Assembly (NCBI GenBank): GCA_044238605.1
Contig: JBIICY010000001.1
Coordinates: forward strand, 9,433-73,432
DNA from: Patescibacteria group bacterium
GTDB taxonomy: Bacteria; Bacteroidota; Ignavibacteria; Kapaibacteriales; Kapaibacteriaceae
Direction of reading: 5' to 3'
Length of the DNA: 64,000 nt
This document shows, piece by piece, positions 37,062 through 47,400 of this stretch. The first letter of the stretch is position 1. Each line of letters opens with the position of its first letter. Under the pieces are notes generated by a model that did not search any database, was not told the origin of the DNA, and was given only the letters and a program-made list of their open reading frames with translations. Both the position numbers and the translations under genes were made by a program.

Positions 37062-37670
37062 ATGCGTGATACGCCTGGATCAGGCTTTGAGAACACACGA
37101 ATGCGCGACATTGCGGTTACAGCATTGTACGCCGTAGTCGTTGCGCTGCTCCTTCGAGTCTTTGTCCTTGCCGCGTATGAGATTCCATCCCACTCCATGG
37201 AAGAAACGCTTCTACCGGGAGATTACATCATCGTAAGCAAGCTTGCGTATGTGTTTCGCGACGTACAAAGGGGCGACATCATCACGTTCAAGTACCGAGA
37301 TACCGTCAATAGCGACCGCCATGAACTGTTTGTCAAGCGCATTGTCGGGCTCCCCGGTGATACGCTTCTCTTTACGCCCGACGGAATCATCGTAAACGGA
37401 ACTCCCTTGCTTACGCCTCCCGAGGCCAAGATCCCTACAAGTCCGCTGCTTCCGTCGATGAAATCAGGTGCCCGCATCGTTGTTGGGAAGGATTCTGTTT
37501 TTGTGGTGGGCGACAATCGACGTAACTCATTTGACTCGAGATATTGGGGCGGTGTATCACTAGAAGACATCACTGGCACGCCGTTGTTTATCTACTGGTC
37601 TCATGGTCCGAGCACAAGTAACCCTCTGCCCCATATCCGGTGGGAGCGCGTCTTCAACGGGATTCATTGA
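37062..37670 (+). CDS. Signal peptidase I (second copy)
   Basis: IPSHSMEETLLPGDYIIVSK, FVKRIVGLPGD, GDNRRNSFDSRYWG. Confidence 0.75.
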   Translation: MRDTPGSGFENTRMRDIAVTALYAVVVALLLRVFVLAAYEIPSHSMEETLLPGDYIIVSKLAYVFRDVQRGDIITFKYRDTVNSDRHELFVKRIVGLPGDTLLFTPDGIIVNGTPLLTPPEAKIPTSPLLPSMKSGARIVVGKDSVFVVGDNRRNSFDSRYWGGVSLEDITGTPLFIYWSHGPSTSNPLPHIRWERVFNGIH

Positions 37671-38809
37671 TGTACGGAATCTACCTTCATATACCGTTCT
37701 GCGAAAAGAAGTGCTCCTATTGCGACTTCTACAGCATCGAATCGATGACGCACATCGATCGGTTCACTGATACGCTCCTGCAAGAGATTGATCTTCGTAA
37801 ACATCAGTACGATGGCACAGCTATTACATCCGTCTTTTTTGGAGGGGGCACCCCTTCGCTACTTTCTCCAGAGGCCATTGCACGGATCAATACAGCGGTG
37901 CGCAATGTAGCGCAGGTTGCAGATGATGCCGAGTGGACGATGGAATGCAATCCTGGAACCGTCACGCTTGAACGCCTTCAAGCATACCGTGCCGCCGGCA
38001 TCAATCGCCTTTCCTTCGGTGTGCAGTCGTTCACCGCCTCAGAGCTTGAATTCCTCGACCGCATACACGATGCCAAGCAGGCGGAACAGGCAATGCAGCT
38101 TGCCAGAGAAGCCGGCTTTGCAAATGTGAACATGGACCTCATGTTTGCAGTACCGGGCCAGACACTGGAGTCATTGGCACATAACCTCGAGCGCATGATC
38201 GCGCTATCCCCAGATCACATTAGCGCCTACTCTCTGATCTACGAGCAAGGCACTCCGCTCTATACGAAGTTGAAAAAGGGGCTCGTACAGCCCCTTGCTG
38301 AAGAGGTCGATGTTGAGATGTACAAGCTCGTGATCGACACACTACGTGGGGCAGGATATCACCAGTACGAAGTGAGTAACTTTGCCAAGCCAGGCAAGGA
38401 ATGCAGACATAATCTCACGTATTGGCATGCAGAGAATTACCTGGCCTTTGGTCCGAGCGCCCACGGCTATATTGGCAACACGCGCTACTGGAACAAACGC
38501 TCGCTCACGGCGTGGATGCAAGATGTTTCGAACGACACTCTGCCCGAGGCCAATCGAGAAGAGCTTTCTAAAGACGACCTGTTATCGGAATTCCTCTTCC
38601 TTCATCTGCGTGCAGATGGCATCCCACTTGACGCTGTCCAGCAGCGATTCGACATCGATCTCCGCACACTACTACAGCCCAATCTCCGCTATTGGATCGA
38701 AGAGGGCTTCATCGAAGACACAGGCACCATGCTGCGCCTAACAGCCGAGGGGTATAGGGTGTGCGATGAGATAACGGTGAAGGTGTTAGAAGCAGCGAGC
38801 AGCGAGTAG
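37670..38809 (+). CDS. hemW: Radical SAM heme chaperone HemW / oxygen-independent coproporphyrinogen-III oxidase-like protein
   Basis: YLHIPFCEKKCSYCDFYS (CxxxCxxC); start ATG overlaps the lepB2 stop. The C-terminal AASSE-stop is encoded by the microsatellite. Confidence 0.8.
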   Translation: MYGIYLHIPFCEKKCSYCDFYSIESMTHIDRFTDTLLQEIDLRKHQYDGTAITSVFFGGGTPSLLSPEAIARINTAVRNVAQVADDAEWTMECNPGTVTLERLQAYRAAGINRLSFGVQSFTASELEFLDRIHDAKQAEQAMQLAREAGFANVNMDLMFAVPGQTLESLAHNLERMIALSPDHISAYSLIYEQGTPLYTKLKKGLVQPLAEEVDVEMYKLVIDTLRGAGYHQYEVSNFAKPGKECRHNLTYWHAENYLAFGPSAHGYIGNTRYWNKRSLTAWMQDVSNDTLPEANREELSKDDLLSEFLFLHLRADGIPLDAVQQRFDIDLRTLLQPNLRYWIEEGFIEDTGTMLRLTAEGYRVCDEITVKVLEAASSE

Positions 38810-38997
38810 CGAGCAGCGAATTACTCAATTACTCAATTACTCAATTACTCAGTTACTCAATTACTCAATTACAGAGTTACGGACTCGCTGTTCGCTGTTC
38901 GCTGTTCGCTACTCGCTGTTCGCCGCTCGCTGTTCGCTGTTCGCTACTCGCTGTTCGCTGTTCGCTGTTCGCTGCTCGCTGTTCGCTGCTCGCTGCT
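38810..38997. repeat. Pure microsatellite hairpin filling the whole hemW/lolE convergent intergenic region: gcgagcagcgagtagcgagcagcga + (attactcaa x7) + inverted (tcgctgttcgc-type 9-mers x ~12)
   Basis: Direct reading. The left arm is the reverse complement of the right arm, and the hemW stop codon lies within the repeat. Confidence 0.85.
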
Positions 38998-40182
38998 TTA
39001 TCTTGCCGCTCTTCTTGCCGGATAGATCGCGGCAATGGCAGCAAGTATAATGCCCAAGGCAACAACGATCAGGACATCAACTGCCTCAACGTCTATTGGC
39101 AAAGCAGGAATGAGGAAGCCCTGCTGCATGTCAAAGGCGATCCAGTGAAACTGCTGTTGTCCGAAGCAAAACGCAAGACCCAGCAACGCGCCTATAGTAA
39201 CGCTTACAAGACCGATAGCTAGGCCCTGCTTAACGTAGATGGACCGGATCATCGAATCTGTTAGCCCGATGGTCTTTAACACCTGAATATCCTGACGCTT
39301 CTCAACAACACCCATCGTTAGGGATATCACGATATTGAACGCTGCAACAACAACGATCAGCATCAGCACGATGAAGGAACCCATGCGTTCAAGTTTCATC
39401 GTATCATACACGCCGCGGTTCATGTCTTCCCATGTCTCGATACAACCCTCTAGGCTGTAGAGACTTGCAAGGTATGCTGCGCTATCACGAGCGTGTTCAG
39501 GATTTTGGAGCCGGATATCCCATGCGGATGGGCCCTTGCCAGTAAGACCCTGGATAAGTTCACTCGAGCAGATGATATACGTTGCATCGATGTCGCGGGA
39601 GGAGTTCGATTGAAACACGCCCCCTACCACTGCCCGTGCACCAGTTGGTATCGACATTCCTGCAATACCCGATTCAATTTGCTGCGGGGAAACCATTTCA
39701 ACAGTGTCGCCCAGCATAAGCTGCAGATTCTGCGCTACACCAAGCGATACAACCACGCGTGGGAGACCATCGGCTGGCGTAAGATTCGACGAGCCATAGA
39801 TCACTGAGGTCGTAAGTGCATGCATTGCCCGTTCATCACCTGGCAAGTTGCCTTGCGCGTATACAACAGACATTCCCGAGGGGGCTCGCAGAACAAGCTT
39901 CGACAACCATACTGGCGACACGTTCCAGTGCTCACGTTCAGCTGCTGTGAGGGTGAACTGCGGGCCTCCATGGGCATCTGCCGCATAGATGCGTATATGA
40001 GGCCCGAATGAAGTCATGAGTTCGCGCGCGACACCTCGAAAGCCATTGAACAACGACATCACGATGATCAATGCCGCCGTACCCAGAACGATGCCAAACA
40101 CAGAGATCACCCCGATGATCCCGACGTAGGATAACCGGCGTGGCCGCAGATATCGTTTAGCAATAAAGGTTGTAACGTTCAT
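38998..40182 (-). CDS. Lipoprotein-releasing system permease LolC/LolE family (FtsX-like)
   Basis: N-terminal TM (MNVTTFIAKRYLRPRRLSYVGIIGVISVFGIVLG), a large periplasmic domain and three C-terminal TM helices; 394 aa. Confidence 0.7.
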   Translation of the reverse strand: MNVTTFIAKRYLRPRRLSYVGIIGVISVFGIVLGTAALIIVMSLFNGFRGVARELMTSFGPHIRIYAADAHGGPQFTLTAAEREHWNVSPVWLSKLVLRAPSGMSVVYAQGNLPGDERAMHALTTSVIYGSSNLTPADGLPRVVVSLGVAQNLQLMLGDTVEMVSPQQIESGIAGMSIPTGARAVVGGVFQSNSSRDIDATYIICSSELIQGLTGKGPSAWDIRLQNPEHARDSAAYLASLYSLEGCIETWEDMNRGVYDTMKLERMGSFIVLMLIVVVAAFNIVISLTMGVVEKRQDIQVLKTIGLTDSMIRSIYVKQGLAIGLVSVTIGALLGLAFCFGQQQFHWIAFDMQQGFLIPALPIDVEAVDVLIVVALGIILAAIAAIYPARRAAR

Positions 40183-42299
40183 CGACGTTTAGTCGCAGCA
40201 AGAAGATCTGATTGAACCCGCACAGGTGCTGGACCAATTGTACTGCGAACATACGTACCATCACTTTGAAGAAAGCGTGACTTTACATCATCGGATAGGT
40301 ACAGAGAAAGGATGTCTCGCAGCTTCTTTCTGACCTTGCGGTCGTGAACTGGGAACAGGAGCTCAACGCGACGCTCCATGTTGCGATTCATCCAGTCTGC
40401 GCTGGATATGTACACGTCTTCTTCGCCACCATTACGGAACCAGAACAATCGGCTGTGCTCTAAGAACCTGTCGAGAATGCTCCGCACGGTAATGTTTGTA
40501 CTTACACCCTCAATGCCTGGCTTTAAGGCACACACACCGCGCACGATAAGATCAATCTTCACTCCAGCCATCGATGCCTCATAGAGGGCACGAATAATCT
40601 TCTCATCGATCAATGCATTCATCTTGGTGATGATATAGCCTTGACGTCCTTCCTTTTGGTGCATCATCTCGCGCTGAATAAGCTCAATGAAGCGCTCCCG
40701 AAGATTGATCGGCGCCACACCAAGGTGCTGCCACGATGCATGCTTTGAATAACCCGTAAGAAGGTTAAAGAGATGTACAAAGTCCCGCTCGAACTCCTGA
40801 CGTCCAGTAAAGATGCCAACATCCGTATACAGCCGCGATGTACCAAGGTTGTAGTTGCCTGTTGCAACATGGGCATATGTGAGTACGTTCTTTCCTTCTT
40901 TACGAATCACCAGGCACACCTTACAGTGCACCTTTAGCCCCATAACTCCGTAGACAACATGCACGCCGGCCTGCTCTAGTGCGCGTGCCCATGCGATGTT
41001 GGTTTCTTCGTCAAATCGCGCCTTGAGCTCTACAAACGCTGTAACGTTCTTACCAGCACTGGCGGCATGCTTTAATGCCTCAATAACAGGAGAGCGTCCG
41101 CCGGCGCGGTAGAGCGTCATCTTGATTGCAAGCACATTCGGATCGTTTGCGGCAGTCTCAATAAACTTGACAACCGAATTTGTAAACGAATCAAACGGAT
41201 GATGCACAACAAGGTCGCGCTCCTTCAAAACGTCAAAGATGTCCGTTGCATCGTTGGCAAACTCCGGAAGTACTCTTGAATTGAACGGGGCGTCTTTGAG
41301 CTTTCTCTTATCCAGCTGCAGCAACACGAGAAAGTCCTGCAGATTCAGCGGCGTATCTACACGATACACGTCACTGTTTTCAAGCTCTAGTGCCTTGGTA
41401 AAGAACTGCAGCAGCTTTCGCGGCATATCGGATGTGATCTCCATCCGAACTGCATCAGTTCCCCACCGCCTGCGCCGAATGCCTTCGGCAACTGCCGTAA
41501 TAAGATCGTTGGCTTCGTCTTCTGCTATCTCGACGTCCGCATCTCGTGTTACGCGGAAAATGTGACTCTCATGAATCCTATGGCCCGGAAACAAGATATC
41601 CGCATGGGCGCGGATGAGGTCTTCGACAAGAACGTAGTGATGTCCGCCTTGACGGCTGAGCTTGATCATACGCGGTAGCGCCGACGGCAGCTGGACTACC
41701 GCTACCTTCATCTCTTCTTTTACATCATGCTCATCATACAGCACAAATGCAATAGTGAGCGATCTGTTGAGAAGCCGTGGGAAAGGATGCCCGGGATCAA
41801 GAGCAAGTGGCGTTAGCACCGGCAGTATGTTGTCTACAAAGTCCTGCCGAAACTCATCGCGCTCGTCCTTAGTCAACTCGTTGATCTCGTGCAGGATGAT
41901 GCCTTCTTTCGTCAACTCCGGAAGGACCTGTTTACTCCAAATGGCTGATTGACGTTTATACAGGGGTACTAGACGCGACCGAATCTCCTTGAGCTGCTCG
42001 GCAGGCGTCATGCCGTCTTCCGACAAGTCGGTAACGCCGGAATAGATCTGTTCCTGCAAACCCGCCACGCGGATCATAAAGAACTCATCGAGATTGGTTG
42101 AGTATATCGCTAGAAACTTCAATCGCTCAAGAAGCGGGTGTGTTTTATCCTCGGCTTCTTCGAGTACGCGCTTATTGAATTCGATCCACGATAACTCACG
42201 GTTCAGGTAGAACTCCTCGCTGTGAAGATCAACAAGGGGCTTGCGTTGTGCTGCTTGTGGACGCGGATTTCGGACGGCTGTTTTCTTTGTGGACGGCAT
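40179..42299 (-). CDS. ppk: Polyphosphate kinase 1
   Basis: 706 aa. N-terminal FYLNRELSWIEFNKRVLEEA, and PLD-like domains with catalytic His motifs (LKVHCKVCLVIRKEG..., VATGNYN). Confidence 0.9.
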   Translation of the reverse strand: MPSTKKTAVRNPRPQAAQRKPLVDLHSEEFYLNRELSWIEFNKRVLEEAEDKTHPLLERLKFLAIYSTNLDEFFMIRVAGLQEQIYSGVTDLSEDGMTPAEQLKEIRSRLVPLYKRQSAIWSKQVLPELTKEGIILHEINELTKDERDEFRQDFVDNILPVLTPLALDPGHPFPRLLNRSLTIAFVLYDEHDVKEEMKVAVVQLPSALPRMIKLSRQGGHHYVLVEDLIRAHADILFPGHRIHESHIFRVTRDADVEIAEDEANDLITAVAEGIRRRRWGTDAVRMEITSDMPRKLLQFFTKALELENSDVYRVDTPLNLQDFLVLLQLDKRKLKDAPFNSRVLPEFANDATDIFDVLKERDLVVHHPFDSFTNSVVKFIETAANDPNVLAIKMTLYRAGGRSPVIEALKHAASAGKNVTAFVELKARFDEETNIAWARALEQAGVHVVYGVMGLKVHCKVCLVIRKEGKNVLTYAHVATGNYNLGTSRLYTDVGIFTGRQEFERDFVHLFNLLTGYSKHASWQHLGVAPINLRERFIELIQREMMHQKEGRQGYIITKMNALIDEKIIRALYEASMAGVKIDLIVRGVCALKPGIEGVSTNITVRSILDRFLEHSRLFWFRNGGEEDVYISSADWMNRNMERRVELLFPVHDRKVRKKLRDILSLYLSDDVKSRFLQSDGTYVRSTIGPAPVRVQSDLLAATKRR

Positions 42300-42375
42300 A
42301 CTATCTCACTTGTGCTTGGTCTGAGCCAATCACGAAGCTAGGAAAGGTTTCGTGCATCTCTATGTAATGATTGTT

Positions 42376-43977
42376 TTACCGGGACTCGCCTATCACAACA
42401 GGACAGGTTCCCCTGATCACCTGGTTCGTATTTGCATCGATACACTCAAAAGCAGCAACATAGATTCCAACGGCAGCATTGGCACGCGTGGCAGTATTGC
42501 GACCATCCCATGCCACCGACCCACGTGTTCCGATAAATTCTCCGTTCAGCAACTCTGCAATGGCAGATCCATCAAGCCCAACCACGAAGAGACGTCCGAA
42601 GGCCTGTTCAAAGGGCTGCGACCATGATAGGATGCACGGAAACCGCGCGGCACCTTCATAGGTTGAAAAGGGGCTAGGATGAGCAGACAAGATCGCTGTT
42701 CCAGCAGAACGGTCCATCGCAAGCGTATTGGGTGCGCCTGGCGTGCTGCCTACATTGGCGGTGGATGTTCCCCAAGCGGCAGACCCGATGTTTCGTGCAT
42801 TCTCCATGCGTTTCTCAAGCGACTTTCCCTTTGTTGTCAACAACAGTGAGTTGTGATGTTTCTTGTCATAGACTGCTACGTCTGCAACGAAGCCCGAAGA
42901 TGTGCGAAGGGTCAGAGAATCGGAGATCGCATGCACATTCAATGAAGGTCTCACCAGAGCCCAGCGTGCTCCTGCACTCATGCGTGCGATTGCTGTGTCG
43001 GAAGCGCATGCAAGGAATGTATGAGGAGCCAAGCGCTGCGGACCTAAGATCCTGCATACCTGACCGCTTCCGTCATCTATCGTCCAGTCGGATAGCTCTA
43101 CGGTATCAGCTGTGCCATTCCATAGCTCAACAAAGTCGCAATCGCCTTCGACCGGCTCTGCGAGGATCTCTGTGATGGTTATCCCTCCTGCCGTAGGCGG
43201 TATCGTAATGGTTGTTACATACTTATTGTTCTCCATTCGCATATCGGTAGTTGTCAGGATCACGCACAGTGTATCTGTTCGCAGAACCTCCGTTGGCGCA
43301 ATATCTCGTAGGTGGACCCGGGCAGACCACCATGCTTTGGCCATAAGGGGCGGACAGTGCCGCTCTGTCGAATAACTACCAACAGTAATCCGCACTAGCT
43401 GTCCTTCAGCACGAGTTCTCCCTGCATTTACGACACCAACATTCAGCACTGAATCGTGAATGAATATCCCGGAAATGCCAACATCATGTTCATACTCTAC
43501 ATGTGAATTGATTCGGCCGCATGTTGCGCTGTCGAAGGCAGCGGATGCTGACCATTGGGAGCCATAGGCGACCACGCCATCATCAATCATGCCATGGCGT
43601 TCAATGCTACGTCCTCGCTCTTCGGCCCGGATACTGTAGGCAACACTATCAGTGATTGAGGAGTCGATTCGACGCAGTTCAACGCGATCAGACGTGTTAT
43701 TCAGCGATGGTAATGCACATTCCACAATGACTACACCCGTGGGCACTGGGCGTGTCTCGCGCAGCGCTTGTTCATCGCGAGTGAGGATTAGGCAGGCCCC
43801 CTTCTCAACCTTTACATTGGGTAGGCGAGCACATGACCTGTTGTCGCAAACCAGCAGAGTGTCAAGGCGTACGGGACCAGCAGTCTGGATGGCACATTCA
43901 ACCCATTCCGGCTCCCCTGCAGCCGGTGTAGGATGAATTTCGGTGATGAGGATCTGGAGAAGTATGAGGTATTCCAT
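42376..43977 (-). CDS. Secreted protein with two lamin-tail-domain (LTD)-like modules
   Basis: ILITEIHPTPAAGEPEWVECAI and ITITEILAEPVEGDCDFVELWNGTADTVELSDWTIDDGSG match the LTD signature (NE...P....D.EFVEL.N......L.GW.L.D). Confidence 0.45.
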   Translation of the reverse strand: MEYLILLQILITEIHPTPAAGEPEWVECAIQTAGPVRLDTLLVCDNRSCARLPNVKVEKGACLILTRDEQALRETRPVPTGVVIVECALPSLNNTSDRVELRRIDSSITDSVAYSIRAEERGRSIERHGMIDDGVVAYGSQWSASAAFDSATCGRINSHVEYEHDVGISGIFIHDSVLNVGVVNAGRTRAEGQLVRITVGSYSTERHCPPLMAKAWWSARVHLRDIAPTEVLRTDTLCVILTTTDMRMENNKYVTTITIPPTAGGITITEILAEPVEGDCDFVELWNGTADTVELSDWTIDDGSGQVCRILGPQRLAPHTFLACASDTAIARMSAGARWALVRPSLNVHAISDSLTLRTSSGFVADVAVYDKKHHNSLLLTTKGKSLEKRMENARNIGSAAWGTSTANVGSTPGAPNTLAMDRSAGTAILSAHPSPFSTYEGAARFPCILSWSQPFEQAFGRLFVVGLDGSAIAELLNGEFIGTRGSVAWDGRNTATRANAAVGIYVAAFECIDANTNQVIRGTCPVVIGESR

Positions 43978-43992
43978 ACTTCTCCGTGCGTT

Positions 43993-44481
43993 CTATGGTG
44001 TGCAACGTGACATCAACAGCTCGACGATGCGTTCCAGATGTAGACGATCGACTTCGTTAAATCTATTCAGCACAGGACTGTCGATATCCATTACGCCGAT
44101 GCAGCCACGTGAGCTGATCATGGGCACAACGATCTCGCTCGCACTTGCAGCGTCACACGCAATGTGTCCTGGAAACTCATGGACATTGCCAACAACAACC
44201 GTTTTCTGCGTGTCTGCTGATGTTCCACAGACACCCCGTCCGAGAGCAATTCGAATACAGGCGGGCTTGCCATGAAATGGTCCAAGTACAAGCTCGCCGT
44301 CGCGCATCAGATAAAATCCAGCCCAGTTAACATCGGGCATCATGTGGTAGAGCACTGATGCAGTATTTGCAAGGTTTGCGATCAGATCAGACTCCCCATC
44401 AGTAACTGCAGTAACAACCGAGGTGATCTCCTGATAGAGCGCATCCGGATGGTCTGCAGTTGAAGATGGAATCTGAAACAT
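43993..44481 (-). CDS. GAF-domain protein, free methionine-(R)-sulfoxide reductase-like
   Basis: NWAGFYL...GPFHGKPACIRIALGRGVCGTSADTQKTVVVGNVHEFPGHIACDAASASEIVVP matches the fRMsr/YebR pattern. Confidence 0.6.
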   Translation of the reverse strand: MFQIPSSTADHPDALYQEITSVVTAVTDGESDLIANLANTASVLYHMMPDVNWAGFYLMRDGELVLGPFHGKPACIRIALGRGVCGTSADTQKTVVVGNVHEFPGHIACDAASASEIVVPMISSRGCIGVMDIDSPVLNRFNEVDRLHLERIVELLMSRCTP

Positions 44482-44495
44482 GTTCAGGCTGTCCT

Positions 44496-47400
44496 TTATC
44501 GCTGAACTGAGAGTCTGCGTGTTGTTACACCATGCGCAGTTGCGCAGCTGACGATATACGTGCCCTGTGCCAACATTTCAATCGGCACGGTGACTGCACC
44601 ACGCTGATCAATCTCTGCACTTGCCACGATCCTACCTTGTAGATCGAGAATCGTCACCACTGCCGCATCTTCAGAACGAATCGTTACAACATCATTCGCT
44701 GGATTAGGCATGATCACTATATCATCTGATTGATTCACTTCATCTTGTACACCTACCAGAACAGGTAGCACAACATTGATCTTTGTCTCATCGGTGCAGC
44801 CACCGGCAAAGGTTCTGCGCACAACAACCGTGCCGACTGAATCAACACTGTTCCACTGTACCAGGATCTCATCAGATTCCTGACCACTGAGAATTGAACC
44901 GCCACGCACTTCCCACGTATAGGTAGCATTGGGCACCCTTACTCGAGTGTAGCGTGCTGTGTCTCCACGCTGTACAATGCGGCGTCCATGCACCAGTGCT
45001 GGTGCGTGCATGAGTGATGACGTGACAGCTTCGCCCCACATGGGCTCCGTAGGCGCTGATCCCGACATCAGGGCATTGAGAGCATCATTTATCTGCGTTC
45101 CCTTGCCTTCGTCCAGGTAATAATTGGCGAGCAGATTTGGCCGCGGCTCAGTGATGTGCTCGAACATTGAGTTTGCGATCTGTCGTTCACTGCGCATGGT
45201 ATTCCATAGTCGGAAATTCCGAATACTACCCTTGAACCAGGTAGAGCTATGTGGATTGCCCCCTATGGTTAGCTGACGTAGCAACTCGGGAGCGCCTGTA
45301 AACGTTGATCGCTTAGCAAGCACACCATCAAGGTAGATCGCCATTGTGTCGTATCCATTTGATACAAGAGCCACATGTGTCCACTTACCGATGTTGCTTT
45401 CATATGAAGAAGACACCCGACCGTTTTCACGCCAATCGCCGTAATCCCAGTACAATGTCTTGTCGCCCCATGGAGCATGAGCTTGCAAACGTCGAGCATC
45501 GTCTGCCTTTTCGCCAACACTGAAAGAAACGGAGTTCATGAGCTGCGTCGGGTCGATGTAGCTCCAATACTCCACAGTGGCTGCCTTGCCGCTATACAAG
45601 AACTTGTCTACGGTAAACCGCTCTTTATTTCCATTGAACGTTACCATTGACCCCGAACATGGCGTCGGCGTGGTGAGAGTTATCTGTGTTTCGTCACTTG
45701 ATCCATACGTATTGCGGATGCGAACGCCCACTGAGAATGAACTATCAGCTGGAAGCCCCCTGAGAGTATATGTCATCTCACCCTTGCTGTTTGCAGGGAT
45801 GTTGTTGATCAGCTTAAGCGTGCGAGCAGATGGCGTTGCGACCTCAAGCTCGTACCAGGTTGATCCACGGCTTGGCATGGTATGCTTCCATGAAAGCTCA
45901 TACTCATGCACACGCAGATTTGGAGCAACAGGCGCAACGTTGATCGTTGTAAGCGATCGAATATCAACTGGATCTTCACATGATACAAGTGCCTCACTGT
46001 CCGTCCACATACTTCCTGATGTAAGGGAGAGTTGGCGCTGACGAACCACGTCTTTTGTGGTAATACCCGAACCTTCATCCAATCGCCACCATCCAGCAAT
46101 TTTTGACGTTTCTGAGGCCTGCGGCACCCTACGGTTCATGTTCGAACGAATCTCTTCTGGAGTGCGTACCTCTGTCCAAACACGAAACTCATCCACCATG
46201 CCATTGAACCAGGTATATGAGCGCATGCCGCCAATAGTAAGCTCCTTGAGTCCCGTTGGAGATGATGCATCCTTAGCTGAAGCAACCTCTTCGCCATTAA
46301 CATAGATTGCCTTGAATGTAGCGCCATCACTTACGAGTGCGATGTGCACCCAGCGGTCAAAGTTGCCATCTCCGAGTGGGCCACTGATGCGCCCCTTGTC
46401 ATTGATATTGCCGTAATCCCAATAGATGCGTCCATCGTCCCATGGAGCATGAGCTTGGAATCGGTTACCAGCATTGTCGCTTTCGCCAACCATGAACGTT
46501 GTTGATGCTTTAAGCGTTGATCGCTTAACAAACGTCCAGTACTCAATTGTTACCGGTCCGCCGTTCCACGTAAACGTTGGATCAATTGCTTTGTTTCCGT
46601 TGCCGTTGAACGTGAGCGCCTTACCTGCGCAGTTCTTTGTTGTAACAAACGTAGCAGGCGTTGACCACGTGCCCGTAGCAGTTTGGTTCATCGCACGCAC
46701 GCGCCAGCGTCGGGTTGTGTTGAATTCGAGAGGCAATGTGAGCATGCCTGGGTCGCGGACCACGGCAACATGCTCGAGGTCCTGGAAGGAATTGTCGAGT
46801 GCAATCTGCACTTCGTACTGATCGCCCGCTTGAACGGATGTCCACACAAAATCGGTCAGCGCTGGGACACCCACCGTGCCGTTGATTGGTGAGATATGCT
46901 CAGGTACACCGGGAGCGCCAGCGCCAGGGAATACTTGTGGCTTGGTGTACACAAAGGGTGTAAACACACTTTGCTGACTTCCCTTGACGACGCGCAAAGC
47001 ATAGATATACGTTGCATCGTTGGTGAGTCCATCGTCTACAAACGTGTTGACAGATTCTCGAAGTGTGCGAATCTTTTGCATCGATGCAGTGCTGGAACCC
47101 CTCCATATCTCGACGCGCTGAGAAGCATCACTTGCACGCACACGCCACTGGAGTAGTACTCGATTGGGACCTTCTTCATACCGGATATCGGACGGTGGCG
47201 TAAGCCCCCTTGCTGAGAACTCTCTCCAAAACCGGTCGTTGGCTGCATTTGTATCACTAGGAGCATCAACATAGAGCTCCATTGTATGAACACCGTCTGC
47301 AAGGACCGGAGTTGGCGCTAAGGTGAGCGTGTCTTGAGCACGGGCCTTAACAAGTGGGAGCGTAAAGGTTGTATCGTAACAGGGTCCAGTAGCACGGACC

